Assembly: GCA_031459385.1 (NCBI GenBank) | Contig: JAVKIP010000014.1 | Span: 1-64,000 of the forward strand | From: Candidatus Fervidifonticultor secundus | GTDB lineage: Bacteria > Sysuimicrobiota > Sysuimicrobiia > Sysuimicrobiales > Humicultoraceae | Direction: 5' to 3' | DNA: 64,000 nucleotides | Shown here: positions 38,731-47,934 of the stretch, one piece after another | How positions within the stretch are numbered: the stretch's first letter is position 1 | How the letters are laid out: each line of letters opens with the position of its first letter | Program-made: the position numbers and the translations under genes | The notes under the pieces: model-generated | The model's database searches: none | What the model was told of the DNA's origin: nothing | Seen by the model: only the letters and a program-made list of their open reading frames with translations

Positions 38731-39705
38731 ATGCATCTCGCGCTGCTCGGCGACGTGATGCTCGGGCGGCTCGTCAACGAGGCGCTGGCCAGGGTGCCGC
38801 CCGACTACCCGTGGGGCGATGTGCTGCCTGTGCTGCGGGCGGCCGATGCCGTCATCGTCAATCTCGAGTGCGTGCTGGCTGACCGGGGCCGGCCGCAGCC
38901 CGGGAAGACGTTCACCTTCCGCTCCGATGCCAGGAACGTCGCCGTGCTGGCTGCGGCCGGCGTGCGAGCGGTGTCGCTGGCGAACAACCACACGCTCGAC
39001 TACGGCGAGGCGGCGCTGCTGGAGTGCCTGACGGTACTGGACCGTGCGGGCATCGCCCATGCCGGTGCCGGCCGCACCCTGGAGGAAGCCCAGGCGCCGG
39101 CCACCATCCAGGTCGGCGGCGCGACGCTGGCACTGGTGGCCTGTACCGACAACGAGCCCGGCTGGGCGGCTGCGGCCGACCGGCCCGGCGTCTTCCACGT
39201 GCCCGTCGACGATCCCGACGGCCCCGCGTTTCGCGGGCTCCTGGCGCTGGTGGCGCAGGCGCGCGCCGCGGCCGACCTCGTCGTGGTGTCTGTGCACTGG
39301 GGGCCCAACTGGGGCGTGGCCCCGCCACCCGCGCACACAGAGGCCGGCAGGCGATTGATCGAGGCCGGCGCCGGCGTCGTCTACGGGCACTCGGCTCACA
39401 TCGTGCGCGGTGCCGCGTGGTGGGGCGGCGGCCTCATCCTGTACAGCTGCGGCGACTTCATCGACGACTACGCCGTGGACCCGGTGGAGCGCAACGACTG
39501 GTCGTTCGTCTTCCTCCTGGACGCGGCCGGCGGCCGCGTACGCCGCGCGCGGCTCGTGCCGACCGTGATCCGTGACTTCCAGGCGCGTATGGCTCGCCCG
39601 CCGGAGCGAGAGGCGATCCTGGCGCGGATGCACCGGCTGTGCGCCGACCTGGGCACCGAGACGCGCCGCAGCCGGGAGGGTCTCGAGCTCCCCGCGCCAG
39701 CATGA
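38731..39705 (+). CDS. CapA/PgsA-family metallophosphatase
   Basis: GDVMLGR, NLE, LANNH, SVHWG, GHSAH, YSCGDF. Confidence 0.92.
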   Translation: MHLALLGDVMLGRLVNEALARVPPDYPWGDVLPVLRAADAVIVNLECVLADRGRPQPGKTFTFRSDARNVAVLAAAGVRAVSLANNHTLDYGEAALLECLTVLDRAGIAHAGAGRTLEEAQAPATIQVGGATLALVACTDNEPGWAAAADRPGVFHVPVDDPDGPAFRGLLALVAQARAAADLVVVSVHWGPNWGVAPPPAHTEAGRRLIEAGAGVVYGHSAHIVRGAAWWGGGLILYSCGDFIDDYAVDPVERNDWSFVFLLDAAGGRVRRARLVPTVIRDFQARMARPPEREAILARMHRLCADLGTETRRSREGLELPAPA

Positions 39706-39722
39706 CGGCGAATACATTCCCC

Positions 39723-39756
39723 GCCCGATGGCGTGCTCCGGCGGATGCGCTATAGT
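39723..39756 (+). promoter_or_regulatory. Half-box plus -10 driving the structured RNA
   Basis: GCCCGAT 39723-39729, 21-nt gap, TATAGT 39751-39756. Confidence 0.7.
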
Positions 39757-39763
39757 ATCATCT

Positions 39764-39932
39764 AGAGGAGCGCAGATCCGGCGGCGAAGTAGCCGAGTCA
39801 AACGCTCCGTACGTGGACGCCGAGAGTCTGCGAAGTGTTCTTCGGGGGTAACTCCGGAGAACGGCTGGCGGACGGTAGGCGCCGGCGGCGGGGGCCGAAG
39901 ACGGTGAAAAGTCACCGGACGAGCGCTCCTCT
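39764..39932 (+). ncRNA. Unassigned multibranched structured RNA (sRNA or riboswitch-like leader)
   Basis: 10-bp closing helix AGAGGAGCGC/GCGCTCCTCT plus at least four internal helices, including an 11-bp stem with a GTAA tetraloop; starts 8 nt after TATAGT. Confidence 0.7.
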
Positions 39933-40015
39933 TCCGTCTCGTCCGCGTCTGTCAGCGTGTGCCCTCGGATGTCGAGCTCTCGTCGGGCGCCGGGTAGAGG
40001 GGGGAGGGCAGGGCC

Positions 40016-40684
40016 ATGGCCCAGGAGCAGATGGTCAGTATCCCGGCCGACGGTGAGGTCCTGGAGGGTGGGCTGGCCCTACCCGTGCGGAGGGCGGGTC
40101 TGGTGCTCTTCGCCCACGGCAGCGGCAGTAGCCGGCACAGCCCCCGCAATCGGCACGTCGCTCGCGCCCTGCAGCAGGCCGGGCTGGGGACGCTGCTCTT
40201 CGACCTGCTGACCGCTGCCGAGGAGGTCGAGGACGCCCGCACTGCGCGCCTGCGCTTCGACATTCCGTTGCTGGCGCAGCGGCTGATCGCGGCCACGGCG
40301 TGGGCGCAGACCGACCCGCGGACCCGCCACCTGCCCATCGGCTATTTCGGGGCCAGCACGGGCGCGGCGGCCGCGCTGGTCGCCGCTGCCGAACGGCCCG
40401 AGGGCGTCGGCGCCATCGTCTCCCGGGGCGGCCGGCCCGATCTGGCAGGGGCGGCGCTGGGCCGCGTCCGCGCGCCGACGTTGCTGGTGGTCGGCGGACG
40501 CGACCTGGTGGTGCTGGACCTGAACCGGCAGGCCCTGGCGGCGTTGCAGGCGCCAGCCGAGCTGGCCATCGTGCCGGGTGCCGGACACCTGTTCGAGGAA
40601 CCAGGCACCCTCGATGAGGTAGCGCGACTGGCGGCCGCGTGGTTCCGCCGTCACCTGGAAGGCCTACCCCGTCAGGTCGCGTAG
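40016..40684 (+). CDS. Dienelactone-hydrolase-like alpha/beta hydrolase
   Basis: FAHGSGSSRHSPRN, GYFGASTG, VSRGGRPDL, PGAGHLFEEPG. Confidence 0.9.
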   Translation: MAQEQMVSIPADGEVLEGGLALPVRRAGLVLFAHGSGSSRHSPRNRHVARALQQAGLGTLLFDLLTAAEEVEDARTARLRFDIPLLAQRLIAATAWAQTDPRTRHLPIGYFGASTGAAAALVAAAERPEGVGAIVSRGGRPDLAGAALGRVRAPTLLVVGGRDLVVLDLNRQALAALQAPAELAIVPGAGHLFEEPGTLDEVARLAAAWFRRHLEGLPRQVA

Positions 40685-41985
40685 GACCTCCAGCCGGTTG
40701 GGCCGCCGCAGCTGATGGGCGCGAGCGGCATCTCCTGCATCGGGATGCGCTCCGCCTCGTGGAAGGCCTTCATCCGCGCCGCCTGGTCGGCCGTCTTCGT
40801 CGTAGCCTCGATCAGCCGGTCATAGGCCGGATTGGACCACCGCCCTTCGTTGAAGGACGATCCGGTGAAGAACATGTCCAGGAAGGTCTTGGGGTCGCGG
40901 TAGTCGCCGATCCACCCCGCCCGTGCGATGTCGAAGTTGCTTTGCTGGCGGCTCTGCAGGTAGACCTTCCACTCCTGGTTGGTCAGGTTGACCTGGATGC
41001 CCAGCGTCTGGCGCCACATCTCCTGGATCGCCTCGGCGATGGTCTTGTGACGCTGGGAGGTGTTGTAGAGGATCGTCAGGGTGGGGAAGCCGCGGCCAGC
41101 CGGGAACCCGGCCTCGGCCAGCAGCTTCCTGGCCGTCGCCGGATCGTAGACCGGCGCCAGGGCCCCGCCCGCCTGGCGGAAGTCCGTCCCGGCCACGACG
41201 ATGCCCGGCGGCACGAACGCCGTCGCTGGCTTCTCACCCGCTCGGGTGATGCGCGCGGTGATCAGCGTGCGGTTGATGGCGTAGGCCAGCGCCTTGCGGA
41301 CCCGCACGTCGTCCAGCGGCTTCCGCGTCGTGTTGAAGAGGTAGTAGTAGGTACCGATGTAGGGCATGGCTTTGAAGTCGCCGGTCTTCTGCGGCCGCGG
41401 GATGTCCGCCACGGGCACGTTGGACGAGCCGTCGAGCTGCCCGGCCTCGTACTGGGCCAGCGCCGTGCTCTCGGCCTCGATCATCGCGAACTCGATGCGC
41501 TGCAGCTTGATCCTGGCCGCGTCCCAGTAGCGGGGGTTCTTCTCCACCACGATCCGGTTCTGGCGCGTCCACTCCTTGAGGACGAACGGCCCGTTGCCTA
41601 CGAAGGTGTCGGCCCGGCTGGCCCAGGTGGGCGTGGCGGCGACTACGGCCCGCGGGACCGGCATGAGCGTGTGGAAGGAGAGCAGGTCGCCGAAGAATGG
41701 CGTGGGGCTCTCCAGAGTGACGACCAGGGTTCGCGCATCGCGGGCCTTCACGCCGACCTGGGCGGGGTCGGCGATCTTGCCGGTGTTGTAGGCCTTGCCG
41801 TTCTTGATGTAGTAGAGCTGGTACGCGTACTCCGACGCCAGCTTGGGATCCAGTACGCGCTTCCAGGCGTACTCGAAGTCCGCGGCGGTGACCGGCTGTC
41901 CGTTCGACCACCGGGCCGCCCGCAGGAAGAAGGTCCACGTCAGGCCGTCCCGCGAGACCTCCCACCGCTCCGCCATGCCGGGCAC
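40672..41985 (-). pseudogene. Truncated OppA-like peptide-binding protein
   Basis: Family-5 motifs (PGMAERW, WSNGQPVTAADF, GNGPF, GWIGDY) but no signal peptide or N-terminus, abrupt C-terminus, no permease genes. Confidence 0.7.
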
Positions 41986-42039
41986 CAGCCGTCCGCGGGC
42001 ATTGCGCTGCGTGATAGGGAGCCGGGCACAGGGGATGAC

Positions 42040-42057
42040 ATCGGGCGCCGACCCGAT
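42040..42057. promoter_or_regulatory. Palindromic box upstream of the oppA fragment
   Basis: ATCGGGCGCCGACCCGAT. Confidence 0.65.
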
Positions 42058-42099
42058 TCGGCCCGGGGCTCATCGGGCGGGACCGCGCCGGTCGGGGGG

Positions 42100-42465
42100 C
42101 TACGCCGCGAACCGGCGGAGGGTCCGCACCAGGTCGAAGGCCAGGCGCCCCTTCGGCAGCCAGGCGTCGGCGCGCAGGCGCAGCGCCGCCTCCCCGTAGT
42201 GGGGTTCGGCCTCGCTGGTGGTGACGACCACGCGGGGCCGGTGCTGGTCCCGCAGGCGCTCCAGCAGGCCCCGCTCTGCGCCCAGGCAGGTCTTCAGGTC
42301 GATGACCAGGACATCGGCGGGCTCCTCCGCTGACGCCGCGTACTCCCGGAGGGACCGGGCGTGCCCGACGACGCGGACGCCCGCGACGTCCCCCAGGAGC
42401 TCGGCGACCGCGGCGTGGATCTCCGGCAGGGGGTCGATGATAGCCACGCGCAGCGCATCCCTCAT
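42100..42465 (-). CDS. Stand-alone receiver domain protein (NarL-like REC)
   Basis: RVAIID, VRVVGHA, DVLVIDL, ADAWLPK; no output domain. Confidence 0.8.
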   Translation of the reverse strand: MRDALRVAIIDPLPEIHAAVAELLGDVAGVRVVGHARSLREYAASAEEPADVLVIDLKTCLGAERGLLERLRDQHRPRVVVTTSEAEPHYGEAALRLRADAWLPKGRLAFDLVRTLRRFAA

Positions 42466-42478
42466 GACCGTTGGCTTC

Positions 42479-42640
42479 ACCATACGCGCAGGGCGTGCCC
42501 ACGTGAATCGGGCTGTCGCCTGATGGGCGACCGCGGTGTGCCCCGCCTCGGCCTCGTGGCCGAGCGGGAAATCGGGCCGCCGCCTGATGCGGATTCGGCG
42601 GCGCGGCCGATGGCGACCGCGGGTGCTGCGGGACTACACT
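42479..42640. promoter_or_regulatory. Divergent promoters with three boxes
   Basis: 42507-42524 ATCGGGCTGTCGCCTGAT (22 nt from TATGGT, minus); 42571-42588 ATCGGGCCGCCGCCTGAT; 42594-42611 (23 nt from TACACT). Confidence 0.78.
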
Positions 42641-42672
42641 GCCCGCGTAGACCGAGCGAGGGGCGGTGCACC

Positions 42673-43347
42673 ATGCTGGTCCGCGACTCCATGATCCCTG
42701 ACCCCCGGACCATCGAACCCGAGGCGACGCTGGCAGACGCCATCGACCTCATGCGCGCGCTGCGCGTCCGCCACCTGCCCGTGATGAGCGGGCGCCGGCT
42801 GGCGGGGATCGTGACCTGGACCGACCTGATGCGGGCCGCGCCGCCCGTGGAGGCAAGCCTGGCCGGCCGGCGGCTGGCCGCGCTCTTCCAGCAGACCCAC
42901 GTGCGCGACGTGATGACGAAAGATCCGATCACGGTTGGTCCCGACGTGCCGGTGGAAGCCGCCGCGCGCCTGCTCCGGGATCGCAAGATCGGGTGTCTCC
43001 CCGTGGTCGAGCGGGGGATGCTGGTGGGCATCGTCACCGAGAGTGACCTCTTCGACGCGTTGATCCACATGCTGGGCGGAGACCTGGCGGGCCTGCGCGT
43101 CTCGGTCGAGCTCCCGGCGGGGCTCGCCGACCTGGCGGGCCTGGCGGCAGCGCTGCAGCAGCGGGTCGGTGCTGGCGAGCCGGTGGCGATCAACGCGCGC
43201 ATCGACGCCACCGGGCGCCGCGCGCATGTCCGCGTGGCGACCCAGGCGCCCCTCGTAGTCGCCGAGCATCTGGCCGCAGCCGGCTACGAGGTCTCTACGC
43301 TGCGCATCGATCGGCCGGTCAAGGCGGCGCGCGCCCACGTCGGCTGA
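42673..43347 (+). CDS. AcuB-like CBS-pair protein with degenerate C-terminal ACT-like domain
   Basis: VRHLPV..GIVTWTDL, IGCLPVV..GIVTESDLF. Confidence 0.85.
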   Translation: MLVRDSMIPDPRTIEPEATLADAIDLMRALRVRHLPVMSGRRLAGIVTWTDLMRAAPPVEASLAGRRLAALFQQTHVRDVMTKDPITVGPDVPVEAAARLLRDRKIGCLPVVERGMLVGIVTESDLFDALIHMLGGDLAGLRVSVELPAGLADLAGLAAALQQRVGAGEPVAINARIDATGRRAHVRVATQAPLVVAEHLAAAGYEVSTLRIDRPVKAARAHVG

Positions 43348-43475
43348 GGGCTCAGCCGGCACTGCCAGCTCCATGTTGCCCGGTTGCCACACGGGCGGCC
43401 GTAGGTCTCCTTGGGTTGACGCCTCCCCGCATTTGTGTCGACCATCTTGGTGAGCGTGAAGGGTATATGGTAGGA

Positions 43476-43523
43476 TTGCAGATTCATCGAATGGTGATAT
43501 ATTCATCTAAAGATATCAGAATC
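43476..43523 (+). promoter_or_regulatory. Sigma70-type promoter with AT-rich putative ArsR/SmtB operator
   Basis: TTGCAG 43476-43481 and extended -10 TATATT 43498-43503; ATTCATC repeated; TGATAT...ATATCA dyad. Confidence 0.65.
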
Positions 43524-43527
43524 GAGG

Positions 43528-43887
43528 ATGGTGCGCTCCATGCTCCTCGTAGCCGAACCCGAGGCCGTTGCCCTGAAGGCCAAGCTGTTCCGCGGCTTTG
43601 CGGACCCCTCCCGACTGTCGATCCTGGAGACGCTCCGGCCGGGACCTCGCACCGTGGGCGAGATCGTGGCGGCCACCGGCCTGGGGCAGTCCAACGTCTC
43701 GAACCATCTCGCCTGCCTGCGCGATTGCGGTCTCGTCGTCGCCGAAACCCGCGGCCGCCACGTCCACTACCGGCTCAGTGACCCGCGCGTCGAGATGTTC
43801 CTGCGTCTCGCCGGGGAACTGCTAGCCGATGTCGCGCGGGGCGTCTACGAGTGCATGCGGTACGCGGCGCCCCGCGCCGGGCAGTGA
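43528..43887 (+). CDS. ArsR/SmtB metalloregulator, CmtR-like
   Basis: FRGFADPSRL, SNHLACLRDCGLV (CxxxC) plus a C-terminal Cys. Confidence 0.9.
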   Translation: MVRSMLLVAEPEAVALKAKLFRGFADPSRLSILETLRPGPRTVGEIVAATGLGQSNVSNHLACLRDCGLVVAETRGRHVHYRLSDPRVEMFLRLAGELLADVARGVYECMRYAAPRAGQ

Positions 43888-46022
43888 TGGCTCCGTGCAC
43901 GCTCGAAGTCCCCGTGCAGAGCATGGACTGCGCCGCGTGCGCCGCGCACGTCCGGCAGGCGGTTGCCCGGGTGCCGGGCGTGGTCAGCGTCCACGTCCCG
44001 CTGGGCGCCGGGCAGGTCGTCGTACAGCTGGATCCCACGCGGGCCGACCGCGAGGCGGTCGTGAAGGCCGTGGAGGCCGCGGGATACCAGGTGCCGGCCG
44101 GGCAGCCGGGCGCGCGGCAGCGCGCTGCCGGCGGGGACCGGGCGGGGGTGACAGTCACCGCCGTCGCAGGCGCGCGCCGCGTGCTCGGCCTGCTCGGCGC
44201 CCTGGTCGGTGCCGTCCTGTTCGCCGTCATCGTAGGCGAGTGGCTGGGGGTCTTCGAGGCCGTCTCGCGACGGCTGCCATGGCCGCTGGGCCTCGCGGCG
44301 GTCGCAGTCGGCGGCTTCCCGGTCTTCCGCACCGTGGTGCGCGCCGCTTGGCGGGGGCGGGTGACCGCGCATGCGCTGATGACCCTGGGCGTGCTGGCGG
44401 CGATGGCCCTGGGCGAGTGGGCTACGGCGGCGGTCGTCGTGTTCTTCATGCGGGTGGGCGACTACGCCGAGCGGTTCACCGTCGGGCGCGCCCGCCACGC
44501 TGTGCGGGACCTGCTGGCACTGGCCCCGCGCATCGCCCGGGTCGAGCGCGGGGACTTCCAGATCGAGACACCGGTCGAGGACGTCCGCCCGGGTGACGTC
44601 GTCGTCGTGCGGCCGGGCGAGGCGGTGCCCGTGGACGGTGAGGTGGTCGCGGGCCGGGCGACCGTGGATCAGGCCGCGATCACCGGCGAGGCGATGCCCG
44701 TGGAGGTGGGCCCCGGTGCGCGCGTCTTCGCCGCGGCCCTGGTGCGGATGGGCAGCCTGCGCGTCCGCACGACGCACGTGGGTCCCGACAGCACCTTCGG
44801 CCGCGTGATCCGGCTGGTGCAGGACGCCGAGACGCATCGGGCCGACCTGCAGCGTGCGGCCGACCGTTTCGCGGCCTTCTACCTCCCGGTGGTCGCAGCC
44901 ATCGCGGGCCTGACGCTGCTGGTCCGCCGAGATCCGCTAGCCGCAGCCGCGGTGCTGGTCGTGGCGTGCTCGTGTGGGTTCGCCTTGGCGACGCCCATCG
45001 CCGTGCTGGCGTCGATCGGCGCGGCCGCCCGGCGCGGCATCCTGGTGAAGGGCGGGCGCGTGCTGGAAGCGCTGGCCCGCGCCGACGTCCTGCTCATCGA
45101 CAAGACCGGCACACTCACCCTGGGCAGGCCGCAGATCACTGCCGTCGTGCCGCTCAACGGCGCGACGGCCGAGGAGGTCCTGGCCCTGGCCGCGGCCGCC
45201 GAGCGCGACTCCGAGCACCCGCTGGCCGAGGCGGTGCGCGCGGCGGCGCGCGCCCGTGGGCTGGTCGCGCGCGCGCCGGATCACGTCGAGATGATCCCGG
45301 GCGTGGGCGTGCGGGCGGTGCTCGACGGCGCGCTGGTAACCGTCGGCCGCTGTGATGCGGCAGACGCGGGCATGCTGCCCGGCGAGGTCGACGCGTTGCA
45401 GGCCGACGGGCGTACCCTGATGGTCGTGCGTCGCGATGATGCGCCTGTGGGCGTGCTGGCGGCCGCCGACGCCACCCGCGCAGAGGTGCCGGCCGCGCTG
45501 GCCGACCTGCGGGCCCTGGGCTTCCGTCACATCGAGATCCTGACCGGCGACCACGAGGGTGCTGCCGCGGCGGTGGCCGGCGAGCTGGGCGTCGCGTACC
45601 GTGCCCGGCTGCTCCCCGAGGAGAAAATCGCCGTCGTCCGCGACTACCAGGCGCGCGGGCATACGGTCGTCATGGTGGGCGATGGGGTGAACGACGCGCC
45701 TGCGCTGGCCCAGGCGGATGTGGGGATCGCCATGGGTGCCGCCGGCAGCGCCATCGCGCTGGAGGCCGGGCACGCCGGCCTCATGCGCGACGACTGGCGG
45801 CTGCTCCCTGACATGGTGCGCATCGCCCGCCGGACCCTGCGCGTCGTCTGGAGCAACCTGAGCGTCACGGCCGCGTACAACGTAGGGGGGTTGGTGCTGG
45901 CGGCCCTGGGCTACCTGCCGCTGGCCCTGGCCGCGGCCGCGCAGGCCCTGCCCGACCTGGGGATCCTGGCCAACTCGACGCGCCTGTTACGGTGGCAGAC
46001 GCCGCGCCGCTCGAGACCGTAA
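43887..46022 (+). CDS. Heavy-metal P1B-type ATPase
   Basis: MDCAAC metal-binding domain, TGEA, ACSC, DKTGT, SEHPL, GDGVNDAP. Confidence 0.95.
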   Translation: MAPCTLEVPVQSMDCAACAAHVRQAVARVPGVVSVHVPLGAGQVVVQLDPTRADREAVVKAVEAAGYQVPAGQPGARQRAAGGDRAGVTVTAVAGARRVLGLLGALVGAVLFAVIVGEWLGVFEAVSRRLPWPLGLAAVAVGGFPVFRTVVRAAWRGRVTAHALMTLGVLAAMALGEWATAAVVVFFMRVGDYAERFTVGRARHAVRDLLALAPRIARVERGDFQIETPVEDVRPGDVVVVRPGEAVPVDGEVVAGRATVDQAAITGEAMPVEVGPGARVFAAALVRMGSLRVRTTHVGPDSTFGRVIRLVQDAETHRADLQRAADRFAAFYLPVVAAIAGLTLLVRRDPLAAAAVLVVACSCGFALATPIAVLASIGAAARRGILVKGGRVLEALARADVLLIDKTGTLTLGRPQITAVVPLNGATAEEVLALAAAAERDSEHPLAEAVRAAARARGLVARAPDHVEMIPGVGVRAVLDGALVTVGRCDAADAGMLPGEVDALQADGRTLMVVRRDDAPVGVLAAADATRAEVPAALADLRALGFRHIEILTGDHEGAAAAVAGELGVAYRARLLPEEKIAVVRDYQARGHTVVMVGDGVNDAPALAQADVGIAMGAAGSAIALEAGHAGLMRDDWRLLPDMVRIARRTLRVVWSNLSVTAAYNVGGLVLAALGYLPLALAAAAQALPDLGILANSTRLLRWQTPRRSRP

Positions 46023-46065
46023 GGAGCGCGCGGCGTCTCTGGCTGCGGGCCTCCCGGGTCGCGGC

Positions 46066-46734
46066 TCAGGCAGCCCTGGCCTCGGCCTCGCGCAGGATCG
46101 CGTCGGTGTGACTGGTGCCCACGAGGTCGGCGCCGGCCTCGAGCAGCGCCACCGCCTCGGCGTGGGTGCGGATTCCCCCGGCGGCCTTGATGCCCAGCCG
46201 CCGGCCGACGACGCGGCGCATCAACGCCACATCGGCCACCGTCGCCCCCTTCGGCCCGAAGCCCGTGCTGGTCTTCACGTACGCCGCGCCGGCTCGAGCG
46301 GCCAGCCGGCAGGCCAGGCGCTTCTCGACGTCGGTGAGGTAGGCGGTCTCGAGGATCACCTTCACCGGCCGGCCGCGCACGGCGTCGACGACGCTGCGGA
46401 TCTCGTAGAAGACATCGGCCAAGTTGCGGTCGCGCAGCGGGCCGATGTTGAGGACCAGGTCCACCTCGTCGGCGCCGTGGGCGATCGCCTCGCGAGCCTC
46501 CGCCACCTTGGTGGCGACCGTCTGCCCGCCGTGCGGAAACCCGATCACGGTCACGACCTTCACGGAGGTCTCGGCGAGCTCGCGCGCCGCCAGCGCGACG
46601 TGGCACGGCTTCACCACCAGGGCCCGCACGCCCCAGCGTACCGCCGTCTGGACGCCGATCAGCACGTCCTGTGCGGTGGCCTGGGGCTGCAGCACCGCGT
46701 GCTCGATGCGCTTCGCCAGCGCGATGGCCTCCAT
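46066..46734 (-). CDS. deoC: Deoxyribose-phosphate aldolase
   Basis: VIGFPHG, GADEVDLV, VKVILET, YVKTSTGF, IKAAGGIR. Confidence 0.95.
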   Translation of the reverse strand: MEAIALAKRIEHAVLQPQATAQDVLIGVQTAVRWGVRALVVKPCHVALAARELAETSVKVVTVIGFPHGGQTVATKVAEAREAIAHGADEVDLVLNIGPLRDRNLADVFYEIRSVVDAVRGRPVKVILETAYLTDVEKRLACRLAARAGAAYVKTSTGFGPKGATVADVALMRRVVGRRLGIKAAGGIRTHAEAVALLEAGADLVGTSHTDAILREAEARAA

Positions 46735-46743
46735 GGCGCCTCC

Positions 46744-47223
46744 TCACCGCCGCGCGCGTCGCCCGGGCCGCCCACGCCGGGCTGGCGCGGCCTGCGCCCG
46801 TGCCGGGCCTGTCGCAGTGGCCGCCGCTGCCGGCGCCGCAGTGGCCGCCGCGGCTGGCGCCGCCTCGTGCAGGTTGAGGAACACGCGGATCAGGTCGCTG
46901 GCGCTCACAATGCCCACCACGCGGTTCCCCTCCACGATGGGAATCCTGCGCACCATCTGCTCGAGCATCATGCCCGCGATCTCGTCCACCGGCGTGTCCT
47001 CCGTGGCGGTGACCGGCTCCGGGGACATGACGTCGCGCGCCGTCTCGCCCACGCGCCCGACCAGGTCCACCAGGCTGATCATCCCCACGAGCTGGCCGTC
47101 CTTGTCGACGACCGGGGCCCCATGGATGCGGTAGCGCGTCAGCAGGTCGCCCACTTCCTCGACCAGCATGTCGGGCGTAACGACTACCAGGTCGCGGGTC
47201 ATGATGTCGCCGGCGGTAATCAT
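46744..47223 (-). CDS. CBS-pair protein with Ala/Arg-rich tail
   Basis: IHGAPVVD..GMIS, VRRIPIV..GIVSASDL. Confidence 0.88.
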   Translation of the reverse strand: MITAGDIMTRDLVVVTPDMLVEEVGDLLTRYRIHGAPVVDKDGQLVGMISLVDLVGRVGETARDVMSPEPVTATEDTPVDEIAGMMLEQMVRRIPIVEGNRVVGIVSASDLIRVFLNLHEAAPAAAATAAPAAAATATGPARAQAAPARRGRPGRRARR

Positions 47224-47279
47224 GTCCCTTCCCTCCATGTTCCCCCACGCGGACGGTCCTGCGCCACCCTGTCGAGTCC

Positions 47280-47377
47280 AGCGTATCCCCCGCGCGCGGC
47301 TTGCGGCATCGGGCGCCTGCCCGATTCGGCCGCTCGGGCGCGCGCCGGAGGACAGCGGGGGGACGATGTGCAATCAT
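47280..47377. promoter_or_regulatory. Divergent CBS/usp promoters with two boxes
   Basis: Perfect ATCGGGCGCCTGCCCGAT 47308-47325 is 22 nt from TACGCT (minus); CTCGGGCGCGCGCCGGAG 47333-47350 is 21 nt from AATCAT. Confidence 0.75.
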
Positions 47378-47412
47378 GGGGCGAAGTCATCTGAGGCTCA
47401 CGAGGTGACGCG

Positions 47413-47892
47413 ATGACGTCCAGCCCGCCAGGTGGGACGCCGCTGCGCGTCCAGCGCATCCTGGCACCCACCGACTTTTCGCCCGGCGCGGAGCCGGCCC
47501 TGCAGTGGGCGATGGGGCTCGCCGACCGCTTCGGCGCCCGCGTTACGCTGCTCCACGTCCTCGATCTGAGCCTGGGGGCGCTGGCGGGCCTGTCGCCCGA
47601 CGTGGCGGCCATGCCGGCCACCATCGAGCTCGCCGAACGGGTGCGCGCCGACGCTCAGGAACAGATGCGCCGGCTGGCCGCGCGCTTCCCCGACGCCACG
47701 CCCGTGCTGCGGGAGGGCACCGCCCGGGCGGCGATCATCGACGTCGCGAAGGAGATCGGGGCGGACCTGATCGTGATGGGCACCCACGGCCGCACCGGGC
47801 TGGCCAAGGTGTTCTTCGGCAGCGTGGCCGAGCACGTCGTGCGACACAGCCCGGTGCCGGTGCTGACCGTCCGGCAGACCAGCGCCTCGTAG
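47413..47892 (+). CDS. Universal stress protein
   Basis: RILAPTDFS, ADLIVMGTHGRTG..FGSVAE. Confidence 0.95.
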   Translation: MTSSPPGGTPLRVQRILAPTDFSPGAEPALQWAMGLADRFGARVTLLHVLDLSLGALAGLSPDVAAMPATIELAERVRADAQEQMRRLAARFPDATPVLREGTARAAIIDVAKEIGADLIVMGTHGRTGLAKVFFGSVAEHVVRHSPVPVLTVRQTSAS

Positions 47893-47934
47893 CGCATCGG
47901 CCAGGCGGTGCAGCGTCCGCGCAGGGCCGCTCGA

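Noticed and set aside
39764..39932. Lysine riboswitch or 6S RNA identity for the structured RNA
   Set aside because: It begins AGAGG.GCG like a lysine riboswitch but lacks the GAAAGG/GCCGAA arrangement and has no lysine gene downstream; it is multibranched, not a 6S-like rod. An Rfam scan is still needed
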